Notes under the pieces: model-generated | What the model was told of the DNA's origin: nothing | Databases searched by the model: none | Seen by the model: only the letters and a program-made list of their open reading frames with translations | Assembly (NCBI GenBank): GCA_951406725.2 | Contig: OX597823.1 | Span: 19,902,001 to 19,966,000, forward strand | DNA length: 64,000 bases | Origin: Octopus vulgaris | Lineage: Eukaryota | Reading direction: 5' to 3' | Made by a program: the position numbers and the translations under genes | Part shown: one piece after another, positions 12,389 through 24,647 of the stretch | How the letters are laid out: each line of letters starts with the position of its first letter | How positions within the stretch are numbered: the stretch's first letter is position 1

Positions 12389-12647
12389 CCACCACCACCA
12401 CCACCACCACCACCACCACCACCACCACCACCACCACCACCACCACCACCACCACCACCACCACCACAACCACCACCAGCACCAGCACCAGCACACCACC
12501 ACCACCACCACCACCACCAGCACCACCAGCACCACCACCAGCACCACCAGCAGCACCACCATCACCACCAGCACCACCAGCACCACCACCATCACCACCA
12601 GCAGCAGCAGCAGCAGCACCACCACCACCACCATCACCACCACCATC

Positions 12648-12678
<31 letters not shown>

Positions 12679-12832
12679 CCACCACCACCACCACCACCAC
12701 CAGCAGCAGCAGCAGCACCACCACCACCACCACCATCACCAGCACCACCAGCACCACCAGCACCACCAGCACCACCAGCACCACCACCAGCAGCAGCAGC
12801 AGCAGCACCACCACCACCACCAGCACCACCAT
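12389..12832. repeat. (CAC)n/(CAG)n compound trinucleotide repeat
   Basis: Read directly; source of the poly-His/Thr/Pro ORFs. Confidence 0.95.
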
Positions 12833-13761
12833 TATCATTATATCAACCGACCATCACCACCACTGCGATCATGCTCGCTATCATCATAAATTACTTGTTT
12901 CTCCACCATCAGTAATACCTATGCCCTGCCGCCCCCACCCGATTATCACCCCCTCTGCCAACTTCAGTTCTATCACCGCCAGTTCCATTCTCACCCCTGT
13001 CCACCACCACCACCACCACCACCACCACCACCCATACCACCAGTTTTTCTGTTTGCACGCTGCTGTAGGGCCTTCCTTCAGCTCTGCGCTTGGTTTGCTC
13101 GTTGCTGGCAATGTTTGTCTAAACGTAAAACATGTTCTAGCTGTAAGATGCTGCAACTCTCGCAGGAATCTACAGCAGGAAAGGTACATTCGACCTACAG
13201 ACAGCAACAACAACAACAACAACAACAACAAGAAGAACAGCAACATTAGCAGCTTCAACAACAACAACAACGACAACAACAATAGCAAGAGCAGCGGAAA
13301 CAACAAACAGCTCACCGTCGCACCAAGTAACCTTCTGCTTTCCTGCCTTTCTATTTACTTTATCTGCTCCCACCACCACCACTATCAACCTCTGGCCTTC
13401 GACACCCAACTCCTTCCCCGGGACCGTTACACAAAGAAGCCTCAATACGATCCATTGATCAGCTAGAAATAACAGCCAAATTCAACCGCCAGTATCTTCG
13501 GTTACGGCCGAACCACAAAAGTTCCCCCATTTCCTCTTGGCTATGCTCTGTTGGCATAGACTTTTGTAGACCTTTCATCTGGTTTTCACCAATTAGATGC
13601 TATTTTGGACTTTAGTGTAATAGTCCCTGCTTTCTTTCTCAATCAGTGAAGTATTTTTTTGTTCTTTCAGCTTTTCTACTACAATTCTTGTTATTCATTC
13701 GGAGAGCTAATTAGAGTGTGCCTAAGACTGCGATCCTCATTGTTTCGAGACAGAAATATTT

Positions 13762-14406
13762 ATTTCTTTATTGCCTCTATGCTAAACATAGAGGAGACAA
13801 ACTACGACAGAAAAAGGGTTTCAGTCAATTACGTCGACCCCAAGCGTAACTGGTACTTATTTAATCGACCCCGAAAGGATGAAAGGCAAAGTCGACTTCG
13901 GCAGAATTTGAACTCAGAAGGTAACGCTAGACGAAATACCTATTTCTTTACTACTCACAAGGGGCTAAACACAGAGAGGACAAACAAGGACAGACAAACG
14001 GAATAAGTCGATTATATCGACCCCAATGCGTAACTGGTACTTAATTTATCGAACCCGAAAGGATGAAAGGCAAAGTCGATCTTGGCGGAATTTGAACTCA
14101 GAACGTAACGGCAGACGAAATACGACTACGGATTTCGCCCAGCGTGCTAACGTTTCGGCTAGCTCGCCTAGACGAAATACCTATTTCTTTATTACCCACA
14201 AGGGGCTAAAGATAGAGGGGACAAACAAGGACAGACATAGGTATTAAGTCGATTATATCGACCCCAGCGCGTAACTGGTACTTAATTTATCGACCCCGAA
14301 AGGATGAAAGGCAAAGTCGACCTCGGCGGAATTTGAACTTAGAACGTAACAGCAGACGAAATACGACTACGCATTTCGCCCGGCGTGCTAACGTCTCTGC
14401 CAGCTC
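13762..14406 (-). mobile_element. Nested head-to-tail trimer of SINE family B
   Basis: Three B cores; the middle copy is flanked by the 13-bp direct repeat TAGACGAAATACC (13928-13940, 14169-14181). Confidence 0.9.
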
Positions 14407-14439
14407 TGAATCTGATCACATCTCTATGCAGACTTCTTA

Positions 14440-14600
14440 TTAGTCGAAAAAATCTTGCATAAATACAGGAATCACGATGTCACGGCTATTATTTCAGTCG
14501 TAGACCAAATATTAGGAATTCATGGATCAAAGAAGCTATCCTCATTAGGCAACATAAACAAGTTTTCAATAACCGATAAGAAGTGAACGTAGCGCATTCG
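14440..14600 (+). pseudogene. PLE GIY-YIG endonuclease C-terminal remnant
   Basis: Translates RNSWIKEAILIRQHKQVFNNR*E, resembling the R..KEA..I....P.LN tail of PLE endonucleases. Confidence 0.55.
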
Positions 14601-14888
14601 CTAATCTATCTCACGTCCTCCTCGCATACACACAGCCTTTTCCCCACATGATGGCAATAGCTTTTCGAAAGATTCCTTCCGCAACACAATGTACAACCCT
14701 ACGATCTTCAGATTTTGACAACACATGGCCTAACCTCATCATTCACTTCTGAAAGTGCAAATAACATTTTCACCTGCAGTATGGCATTGAATATATTTTT
14801 AACTGAACCTGTAAACTTAGAATGTATGTATATACGTAAGTACGTACGCACGTATGTATGTATGTATGTATGTATGTATGTATGTATG

Positions 14889-14919
<31 letters not shown>

Positions 14920-15039
14920 TTATGTATGTATGCATGCATGATCTTTGTATGTATGCACATATACATACATACATACACATATTTTTCTCTCTAGTTTCAG
15001 CTCAAAGCTATATATATATATATATATATACGTAAATGC

Positions 15040-15152
<113 letters not shown>

Positions 15153-15429
15153 AGTTTTTCCTTACGAACAAAGAGCACGCAGTTTGTGTTTCGTAAACAT
15201 TTAAAGTTCATTTTAATTGGCTCTATACCCAGTAGTATAATTATAAAGTGAAGCATTATTTCTGAAGTCCTTTTCACAACTATTCACCCTTGAGATTTTA
15301 TGAAGGCCTTACAGATTTTTAATCTTATCAGATACGATGATTAGTCGGAACGTATGAATTACTGAACTGAATTCCTTTAAAACTCCGAGTTCAACTATAA
15401 TCTGATTCGCGCGAGTTGTTACATATCCT

Positions 15430-15650
15430 TTTGCCCCACTAATGATTGTTGAATTAGGTTCAAGGCCAGCAGTATTGAGGAGCAAGTCGGTGTTATCGAT
15501 CTCCGGCACTTGATTGACAGCTATTTTATTTTATCGACCTTGAAAGGCTGAAAGGCAAAGTTGACATCGGCGGGATATGAACTCCAAACTTAAAGAGCCG
15601 GAACAAATACCGCAAAGCATATTTTCCGAAACTCTCACAATTCTGCCGAT
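15430..15650 (-). mobile_element. SINE family B, diverged
   Basis: ttatcgaccttgaaaggctgaaaggcaaagttgacatcggcgggatatgaactc. Confidence 0.8.
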
Positions 15651-15668
15651 TAACAGTAATTAAAGGAA

Positions 15669-16099
15669 TACTCTTTTACTCTTTCATTTGTTTCAGTCAT
15701 TTGACTGCGGCCATGCTGGAGCACCGCCTTTTAATCGAGGAAATCGCCCCCAGGACGTATTCTTTGTCAGCCTAGTTTTTATTCTATCTATCGGGTTCTT
15801 TTGCCGAACTACTAAGTTACGGGGATATAAACACACCAGCATCGGTTGTAAAGCGATGTTTGGGGGGGGGGGACAAACACAGACACACAAACACACACAC
15901 ACACACATAAAGATACATATACATATATACGACGGGTTTCTTTTCAGTTTCCGTCTACCAAATCCACTCACAAGGCTTTGGTCGGCCCGAGGCTATTGTA
16001 GAAGACACTTGCCCAAGGTGCCACGCAGTGAAACCGAACCCAGAACCATGTGGTTGGTAAGCAAGCTACTTACCACGCAACACAGCCACTCCTGAGCCT
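15669..16099 (-). mobile_element. SINE family A, full length
   Basis: Reverse complement of the 10356 copy over its whole length. Confidence 0.92.
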
Positions 16100-16758
16100 A
16101 AATAGTTAAAGTATATTTTGGAAAAAGGATTTGTAAAATTCTTATCGGTGTTGTCTGGTTACCTTCTGTCTTTGGAATTTTCTCCTACTACATTGACGTC
16201 AAGTGAGCAGCTGACTTCCACCAAACAGCATTATACAGAAATATTGTTGAATCTTGCTACAAGATTTGTCGGGGAGCAATCTGTTCGAAACATGAAATCA
16301 ATACGTATAGCTTTTTTAAGCTATACGTAAACAAACGAGTGGAGACGAGTATGCATTTACTAAAGGTTTATTACTTTAAGTACAATAGGGATTAAGTCTT
16401 CAGTTATTTTCGTATAGTTCCCTCAGATTCATTTCCCGCACGCTGCTGTCATTCTTCTGTTATTCTCCGCCCGGAAGTCCTTTATTTTTTTCTGCTGACC
16501 AATTTCCTAGCTAGCCCGCAGCGAATTTCCTAGCTAGCCCGCCACGAATCCGACCCTACACACGCACAAAGAAATAAATTATAAGGTAAAATCCTCTTCC
16601 ACGATTAAATAAGGGGTAAAATATTTTGTCTCTTGAAGAATGTTAACATAAAGTTAAGAGAATAAACATTTTGGGTAAAAACTGTCTCAACATGAAATGT
16701 GTGGGAAATCCTTGTCTCTAACTAATATTATTTAAATAATACACAAAACAAAAACATA

Positions 16759-17118
16759 AAAAAACTTTGATCCAATGTCACACACACATACACATACACA
16801 GAGGGTGTTCTAGAAAGATTTACCCATTGATATTTCTTAACCATTCACAAAAAACTTTGATCCAATGCCACACACACATACATATACTCAGAGGGTGTTC
16901 TAGAAAGATTTACCCATTGATATTTCTTAACCATTCACAAAAAACTTTGATCCAATGCCACACACACATACATATACTCAGAGGGTGTTCTAGAAAGATT
17001 TACCCATTGATATTTCTTAACCATTCACAAAAAACTTTGATCCAATGCCACACACACATACATATACTCAGAGGGTGTTCCAGAAAGATTTACCCATTGA
17101 TATTTCTTAACCATTCAC
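16759..17118. repeat. Four-copy 90-bp tandem repeat spanning the transposon-end/flank junction
   Basis: Near-identical units aaaaaactttgatccaatg...cagagggtgttctagaaagatttacccattgatatttcttaaccattcac. Confidence 0.95.
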
Positions 17119-18415
17119 ATAATAAACTTAAGGTAGGTTAATGAAATTTGGCACACACGTTCTAATGTAAATTGTCACTCCATTGCAGTAATTACCTTTC
17201 AGAATGACGAGTGGTCACAGAGTTGCATGTTCACCGTACCACCTCTTCGTCCAACTTGATCCATGAAGACAGAAGGGCTTTCTTCAGATCTGACACATCT
17301 GAATAGGAGCGAGCAGAAATATTACTCTTTACGATAGACTAGATAGCAAAGTCCATGGGATTGATGTCTGCGCTTGAGAGAGGCCATTATCATCTTGTCC
17401 CCAAAACCGCTGAAATGCCCTTTGCATCTCTGTGTTAAATTGAATGTGTGGGCCGGAGTCCCGTCTTGAATGAAGGTGTAACGGTCATCAAAGGTTTCTG
17501 TGATCCAGGGTAACACTTTCTCATCCAACATTTCCACATAAACTTCATTGTTGAACTTGACGCCGGCATCACTGAAGAGCAAAGGAGACTTGGATACACC
17601 AAATGCAGTTGCGGCCGACAACATGAATTAAGCCGACGTCTGATGGCGTAAATGGCTCCTGCTACCTTCGGCAAGTTTCCTACATTACGTGACTAAAGCC
17701 TGTTATTCTGCCTGTTGGTATCTGTCTCCACAGAAGGCGGTGATCTGGCATACACGTTAGCGCGCTGGACGAAATGCTTAGCGGTATTTCGTCTGCCGTT
17801 ACGTTCTGAGTTCAAATTCCGCCGTGGTCGACTTTGCCTTTCATCCCTTTTGGGGTCGATAAATTAAGTACCAGTTACGCACTAGGGTCGATATAATCGA
17901 CTTAATCCGTTTGTCTGTCCTTGTTTGTCCTCTCTGTGTTTAGTCCGTTGTGGGTAGTAAAGAAATAGGTATCTGTCTCCACAGTGAAGATCTTGTCGGA
18001 CTAGATCAGCACTTTATTAGCAGTGCGTTTCATCTCAGCTAATATGGTTTTACCCCTGTCGAGCCGTTTCTTCTTGGAAGCTGCTGAAATTATCTGCTGG
18101 GATTGTTTCTTGTATGCAGTTAGCTTTAAATCCTCTTTAAAAATCCTGTGCATTGACGATTTCGAAAGATCAAGAGCTTTTGTAGTTTTCTTGTACTCCT
18201 GCGGGGATTTTAGTTCATTCGTGTCTTCAACTCTTCAACGTTTCAACAGTTTGTTTGGTACAAATTGATTGATTCCTACCAGGATTTTGCTGGTATCGTT
18301 TCCAAGTATTGAACACTGTTTTACAGCACACATTCAACTGTTTTGTTATGTCTTTGTTGCTCACTCCATCTGTTTGCAAAGCGACAAGCTGGTAATATTT
18401 TGTTTTCGACGCCAT
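17069..18415 (-). pseudogene. Tc1/mariner-superfamily transposase pseudogene, probably DD37D (maT-like), with one TIR-like end
   Basis: N-terminal HTH-like GVSNKDITKQLNVCCKTVFNTWKRY; LI*SDKIFTVETDTNRQN; FIQDGTPAHT; WPLSSADINPMDFAIW in a shifted frame. TIR-like CAGAGGGTGTTCCAGAAA at 17069. Stops, frameshifts and a SINE insertion disrupt it. Confidence 0.85.
17734..17967 (+). mobile_element. SINE family B, full length, 17-bp TSD, inside the transposase
   Basis: TSD GGTATCTGTCTCCACAG at 17717-17733 and 17968-17984; B box GAGTTCAAATTCC. Confidence 0.93.
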
Positions 18416-18696
18416 GTTTGTTTATTTGTATATTTCTAGTGCATTCAAGGTTTCGTTTTAGTACTAAACTATACCACAAAGTATATCTATAAAGTTGTAA
18501 TCAACACTGAATGTATAAACAGACGTAAAACCAACATAAGACTGAAAATAGTCCGAGTAATCCTATAATCCGCGTAAGGCCTCAAATAAACTAAGATATA
18601 AGAATAAGATATAAGTGGAAATTTTACCGGTGAGTGTAAGGCACAAAAAGAAAATGACTCTCCCCAGACACAAAAGAACATGGATATTATCTTATA

Positions 18697-19081
18697 TCTT
18701 TTACTTGTTTCAGTCACTAAACTGCGGCCATACTGGAGCACCGCCTTGGAGAATTTTTACCGAATGAATCGACTTCAGTACTCATTTAAAAAAAATCATG
18801 GTACTTATTCTTTCGGTCTTTTTTGCCGAATCGCTAAGTTACAGGGGACGTAAACACACAAGCACCGGTTGTCAAGCGGTCGTGGGGGACAAATACAGAC
18901 ACGAAGACACACACATTCAACGGGCTTCTTCCAGTTTCCGTCAATCAAATCCACTCACAAGGGTTTGGTTGGCTCGAAGCTATAGTAGAAGACACTTGCC
19001 CAAGGTGCTACGCTGTGGGACTGAACCCAGGATCACGTAGATGAGAAGCAAGCTTCTTACCACACAGCCGCACCTGCACCT
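18697..19081 (-). mobile_element. SINE family A, full length, older variant
   Basis: Colinear with the A consensus; short internal microsatellite. Confidence 0.88.
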
Positions 19082-19481
19082 ATGTTAAAAGAGTTTTAAA
19101 TATATAATTTATAATAATCATACTGCCAAAAATATGGCGCAAAATGAACATGGCAGACAAAGTGTTAATATAATCAAATTATCTGCCAGTAATGGATGAT
19201 ATGTAGCAGTTGGTCGATTCTGTATACCTACGTCTTATAGTAAAAGTAGGTTCATAAGAAGAGTTTCTGCGAACAGTTAATATATTCAGTTGCCGATGAT
19301 ATCCCAACACGGGATTGAAACCTGTCCGGTTGATCCGCTTTGTTTTTTTTAATCTTTTCACGAAGATATTGTATATATATGGACAAGGGATTTAGTGTCG
19401 TCTATATGTAGAGTTTTTACTCAATATTTCGAAATATATTCTGCAATATAGTATAGTAAACACAGGCACTTTCTCACGCGC

Positions 19482-19528
<47 letters not shown>

Positions 19529-19613
19529 TTCTCTCTCTCTCTCTCATGTATGTATGTATGTATGTATGTATGTATGTATGTATGTATGCATATCTATATC
19601 TATCCATCCATCC

Positions 19614-19679
<66 letters not shown>

Positions 19680-19681
19680 GT

Positions 19682-19845
19682 AGGCACAAGAGTGGCTGTG
19701 TGGTAAGTAGCTTGCTTACCAACTACATGGTTCCGGGTTCAGTCTCACTGTGTGGCACCTTGAGCAAGTATCTTCTACTATAGCCTCTGATCAACTAATG
19801 CCTTCTGAGTGGATTTGGTAGACGGAAACAGAAAGAAGCCCGCAG
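19682..19845 (+). mobile_element. SINE family A, 5' half
   Basis: Head through gtggatttggtagacggaaac.gaaagaagcccg. Confidence 0.88.
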
Positions 19846-19931
19846 TATATATATATATATATATATATATAACACCTACACACATATATATATATATATA
19901 TACAATTATAGGCGCTCAGGAAATGGAAGCA

Positions 19932-19990
<59 letters not shown>

Positions 19991-20134
19991 TGTGTGTGTG
20001 TAGGTGTTGTGTTGTGTGTGTGTGTATCAAACTAGATTTCAGTGATTGATGCTAAATTATTCAAAATACTTCGTTTCATTCAGTTTGTTTACTACCATGC
20101 ACTCTCTTTCTATTTCACTCTCTCTCTCCCTCCC

Positions 20135-20169
<35 letters not shown>

Positions 20170-20563
20170 ACACGCGCGCGCGCACAAAAAGCACGCACTA
20201 CGCTCATACTCAACACATAGCATCCTCCAGCCCCCACCCCCACCCCCGCCTCCACTTCCCATCATCCACGCTTTACTTTCTTCGGCGTTTCTCAATGTAT
20301 CCGCTTCTTACTCCTCCTCCACGCTTCAACCAAGTGAAGTAATAGGCGTTGCCTGAAATAAAGACCATTGGTATTTGTGCTGCCATCTGGATTAGATATT
20401 AAGAACTATCGCTAATATAGCTGCTACAACTTTCAGACGCGTACTTTAGAAACTACTTTAGAATTTAAAATTGCCCCCATGTCTGGCTACACATTATAGC
20501 AAAGCATACTGTTTTAACCATTCTTCTTTTACAACATACCCCAATCCTTCATCCATTCATTTT

Positions 20564-21365
<802 letters not shown>

Positions 21366-21367
21366 GT

Positions 21368-21578
21368 AAGGTGGCGAGCTGGTAGAATCGTTAACATGCC
21401 GGAAAAAAAGTGCTTAGCGGCATTTCTTCCGGCTGTACGTTCTGAACTCAAATTCCAGCGGACTTTATCCTTTACCGGGGTTGATAAAATAAGTACCAGT
21501 TGAGCACTGGGGGAGTTGTGGGGGTTCGATGTAATCAACTTACCTCCTCCCCGGAAATTGCTGGCCTTGTGCCAAAAT
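21368..21578 (+). mobile_element. SINE family B, alternative 3' end
   Basis: aaggtggcgagctggtagaatcgttaac...gataaaataagtaccagttgagcactgggg...aaattgctggccttgtgccaaa. Confidence 0.85.
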
Positions 21579-21664
21579 ATTTCTTCCTCTTCTTCTTCTT
21601 CTTCTTCTTCTTCTTCTTCTTCTTCTTCTTCTTCTTCTTTTTTCTTCTTCTTCTTCTTCTTCTT

Positions 21665-21754
<90 letters not shown>

Positions 21755-22095
21755 GAGTGAGAGAGCAGTTCATGCCATCAAAGTGACACTGGGGTAAAAT
21801 ATACGAAGCCCAATATACCCATCATGACTACCCGTCTGATAAGGGTACACTAGGCACATGCATCACAACCATATGTGCGCGACATGGTGATCTCATATCA
21901 AGATAAACAGCACATGACCTTGCAGGTGGGGCCCAGTTAGAATTTTCTTCAGGTCGAGTAACCCATCCCACTCGAAAGGTCCCTGAATAAGGGTTGTTTA
22001 AAGGTGTTGAGCGAAACACCCATGTTTCCAGAGGTGAATTATTCAAACCCCAAAGAATCCCTCTCCACACATGGCTATGATGCTCCTCCACTACT
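21755..22095 (-). mobile_element. Interspersed repeat D: probable non-LTR 3' UTR ending in (TAA)n
   Basis: Near-identical copies at 47531 and 47628; each abuts (ATT)n at the same base (attgagtgagagagcag). Confidence 0.7.
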
Positions 22096-22109
22096 ACTAC
22101 TACTACTAC

Positions 22110-22170
<61 letters not shown>

Positions 22171-22172
<2 letters not shown>

Positions 22173-22232
22173 GGCGGCGTGCTGGCAGAATCATTAGAGC
22201 GCTTGCGAAATGCTTAGTGTTATTTCATGCCG
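22171..22232 (+). mobile_element. SINE family B, head fragment
   Basis: aaggcggcgtgctggcagaatcattagagc...gaaatgcttag. Confidence 0.7.
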
Positions 22233-22251
22233 TGTGCCTTATATTCTATTA

Positions 22252-22689
22252 TTCTTTTTATTTGTTTTAGTCATTTGTCTGCGGCCATGCTGGAGCACAG
22301 CCTTTTAGTCGAACAAATCGATCCCATGACTTATTCTTTTTAAGCCTAGTGCTTATTCTTCTGCCGAGCTGCTAGGTTACGGAGACGTAAACACACCAAC
22401 ATCGGTTGTCAAGCTATAGTGGGGGACGGGACAAACACAGACACACAAACATATACATACATACATACATACATACATACATACATACATACATACATAC
22501 ATACATGTATACATACTTATACACACACACACACACGACGGGCTTCTTTCAGTTACCATCTACCAAATCCACTCGCAAGACTTTTGTCGGCCCGAGGCTA
22601 TACTAGAAGACACTTGCCCACAGAGGGACTGAACCCGGAACCATGTAGTTGGTAAGCAAGCTACTTACCACACAGCCACTCCTACGCCT
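22252..22689 (-). mobile_element. SINE family A, full length with small deletions
   Basis: Colinear with the A consensus. Confidence 0.9.
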
Positions 22690-23369
22690 GAACATATATA
22701 AAAAGCAAAAACAGACAAAAAGCAAATGGTGTCACGAAGTGGTGGAAACCGCCACATGAGGAAGGCCAGGGCACCCATAAAACCAAAATCTTTCTTTCCA
22801 GGTACTTGCCGTCCCCTAACTGCACACTTCAGAGGGAATTGAACTATTAGCTTTCTTATACATCTTATACGCTTGCACCCATCTTTTAGCAAATTTTCTT
22901 GAGAGCAGCGTCCCCCCCTCTCTCTCTCTCTCTCGCTCTCTCTCCCTCTCTCTCTCCAGTTTTACGTTCTACTTTAAGTGGCACTTTGAAGAAGTTGACG
23001 AGGGTTTCGTCGAGGATAGAGACCCGAGTACAGGTATTTCAGTCGCGAATGCTACGCAACAATTTTTTATCATAGCCACCATAGGCAGTGTGGTGGCTAT
23101 GATACTTGAACCCGGAACGATGTAGTTGGGAAGCAAGCTTCTTACATAAGAGCCACACCAGCGCCTTTTCAGAAAAGACTATTACTACCAGTATTGTAAT
23201 TTATGAAGGTGATATTCAAGAGAGAAACATAGAGGCTGGGGATATGTGCTGCTCTCGAGTAAAGTTGCTGAAAGTGAGATGAGAGTGTCAAGAAACAGAC
23301 TGGTGAACGAGCCTGCTCTGAAAATGAACCTGCATATCATGGGAATAATTTTGAGAAGTGCAATTCGAT

Positions 23370-23592
23370 TTATATCTGGTTCCCTGGCAGGACCCTAGGT
23401 CTTTCAATATCTTAATATATTCTTGCAGAATACAGGATTGCACTTTTCAGCAGATCTTCAATGCCTCGTTTCAATTCCAATCTATCAGTCAGTCGTCTAG
23501 GTGTCGCGCCAAGCGCAGCAAAAACCACAGGAACAATTGTTACCCTTGTTTCCCACAGTCTTTTTACATTCCTTGCTAGATCATGAGATATA
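23370..23592 (-). pseudogene. R4/Dong-like LINE C-terminal remnant
   Basis: Minus-strand translation HDLARNVKRLWETRVTIVPVVFAALGATPRRL resembles the KY.DL..E..RLW.....VPVV.GALG motif. Confidence 0.7.
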
Positions 23593-23633
23593 CATGTGCA
23601 GACCGTTTGTGACTATGTTAATGAACAGTTGTT

Positions 23634-23693
<60 letters not shown>

Positions 23694-23744
23694 TGTGTGT
23701 GTCTGTGTGTGTCTGTGTCTGTGTATGTGTGTGTCTGTGTGTGT

Positions 23745-23995
23745 GTGGAGGCGCGTGGCTTAGTGGTTAGGGTGTCAGCATCATGATCGTAAGATTGTGG
23801 TTTCGATTCCTGGACCGGGCGACGCGTTGTTTTCTTGAGCAAAACACCTCTTTCCACGTTGCTCCAGTCCACTCAGCTGGCAAAAATGAGTATCGCTGCA
23901 ATGGACTGGTGTCTCGTCCAGCTGGGGAACACATACGCCATAGAAACCGAGAAACCGGGCCCATGAGCCTGGCTAGGCTTTAAAGGGGCGCAAGA

Positions 23996-23997
<2 letters not shown>
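23745..23997 (+). mobile_element. SINE group C variant (body Y plus tail 3)
   Basis: gtggaggcgcgtggcttagtggttagg...ggtttcgattcc; cttgagcaaaacac; tail tggactggtgtctcgtccagctggggaac. Confidence 0.85.
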
Positions 23998-24053
<56 letters not shown>

Positions 24054-24304
24054 GAAGGTTTGAAAATGTAATTTTAAAAATGTCTATTTACTTTGAAGAC
24101 GTGTCCCTACATTAAATATAAATTTAATAGTGTTCACTTCCGGACTCTCTCACTCTGTGAGAGCCTCAGTTAAAATGGCACGTGTCTCGAATGGGCTGCA
24201 GTATTTCTATTTTGGATGTATTTGGGGTACTTAATTGTGCTCATGACTTAGTGTTTGCTTCTTCCATGGGTATGAGTAAATATCTCATTTATTTCTTTGC
24301 CACA

Positions 24305-24360
24305 TTTATCACTGACGAAGGGAGGGTTCTTATGAACTAACCCTGAAATCGGTCCGACAT
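24305..24360 (+). ncRNA. Type I hammerhead-like motif with canonical CUGACGA/GAAA core
   Basis: CUGACGA AGGG...CCCU GAAA UCGG UC; stem III has one substitution and stem I is partly decayed. Lies within an approximately 450-bp insert between (TA)n tracts. Confidence 0.55.
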
Positions 24361-24504
24361 GGTAATAATGGAACATTTTAGAAATTTCTGTCGACCTTTT
24401 TCGAGTAGCGTGCGTATTGTGAAAAATTATATGTTTATGAGCAATATGTCCAACTTCGGCATATTTGGCATAAGAAATTTTTTCGTTTGCCCTTATTTAT
24501 AAGT

Positions 24505-24551
<47 letters not shown>

Positions 24552-24604
24552 GTGTGTGTGTATGTATGTATGTATGTATGTATGTATGTATGTATGTGTG
24601 TATG

Positions 24605-24638
<34 letters not shown>

Positions 24639-24647
24639 TGTATGTAT

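Noticed and set aside
13034-13170. Possible minus-strand exon after a cctttcctgctgtag acceptor
   Set aside because: The donor is weak and the peptide unrecognisable; insufficient support.
12317-13466. Long His/Thr/Pro-rich ORFs
   Set aside because: Translation of (CAC/CAG)n open in several frames; no domain.
16759-17118. CRISPR-like array
   Set aside because: Units are identical end to end, with no unique spacers and no cas genes, in a eukaryotic context.
23068-23104. Hairpin tatcatagccacca/tggtggctatgata as a terminator or miRNA
   Set aside because: 14-bp stem at the truncation junction of a SINE A fragment; too short, likely an insertion by-product.
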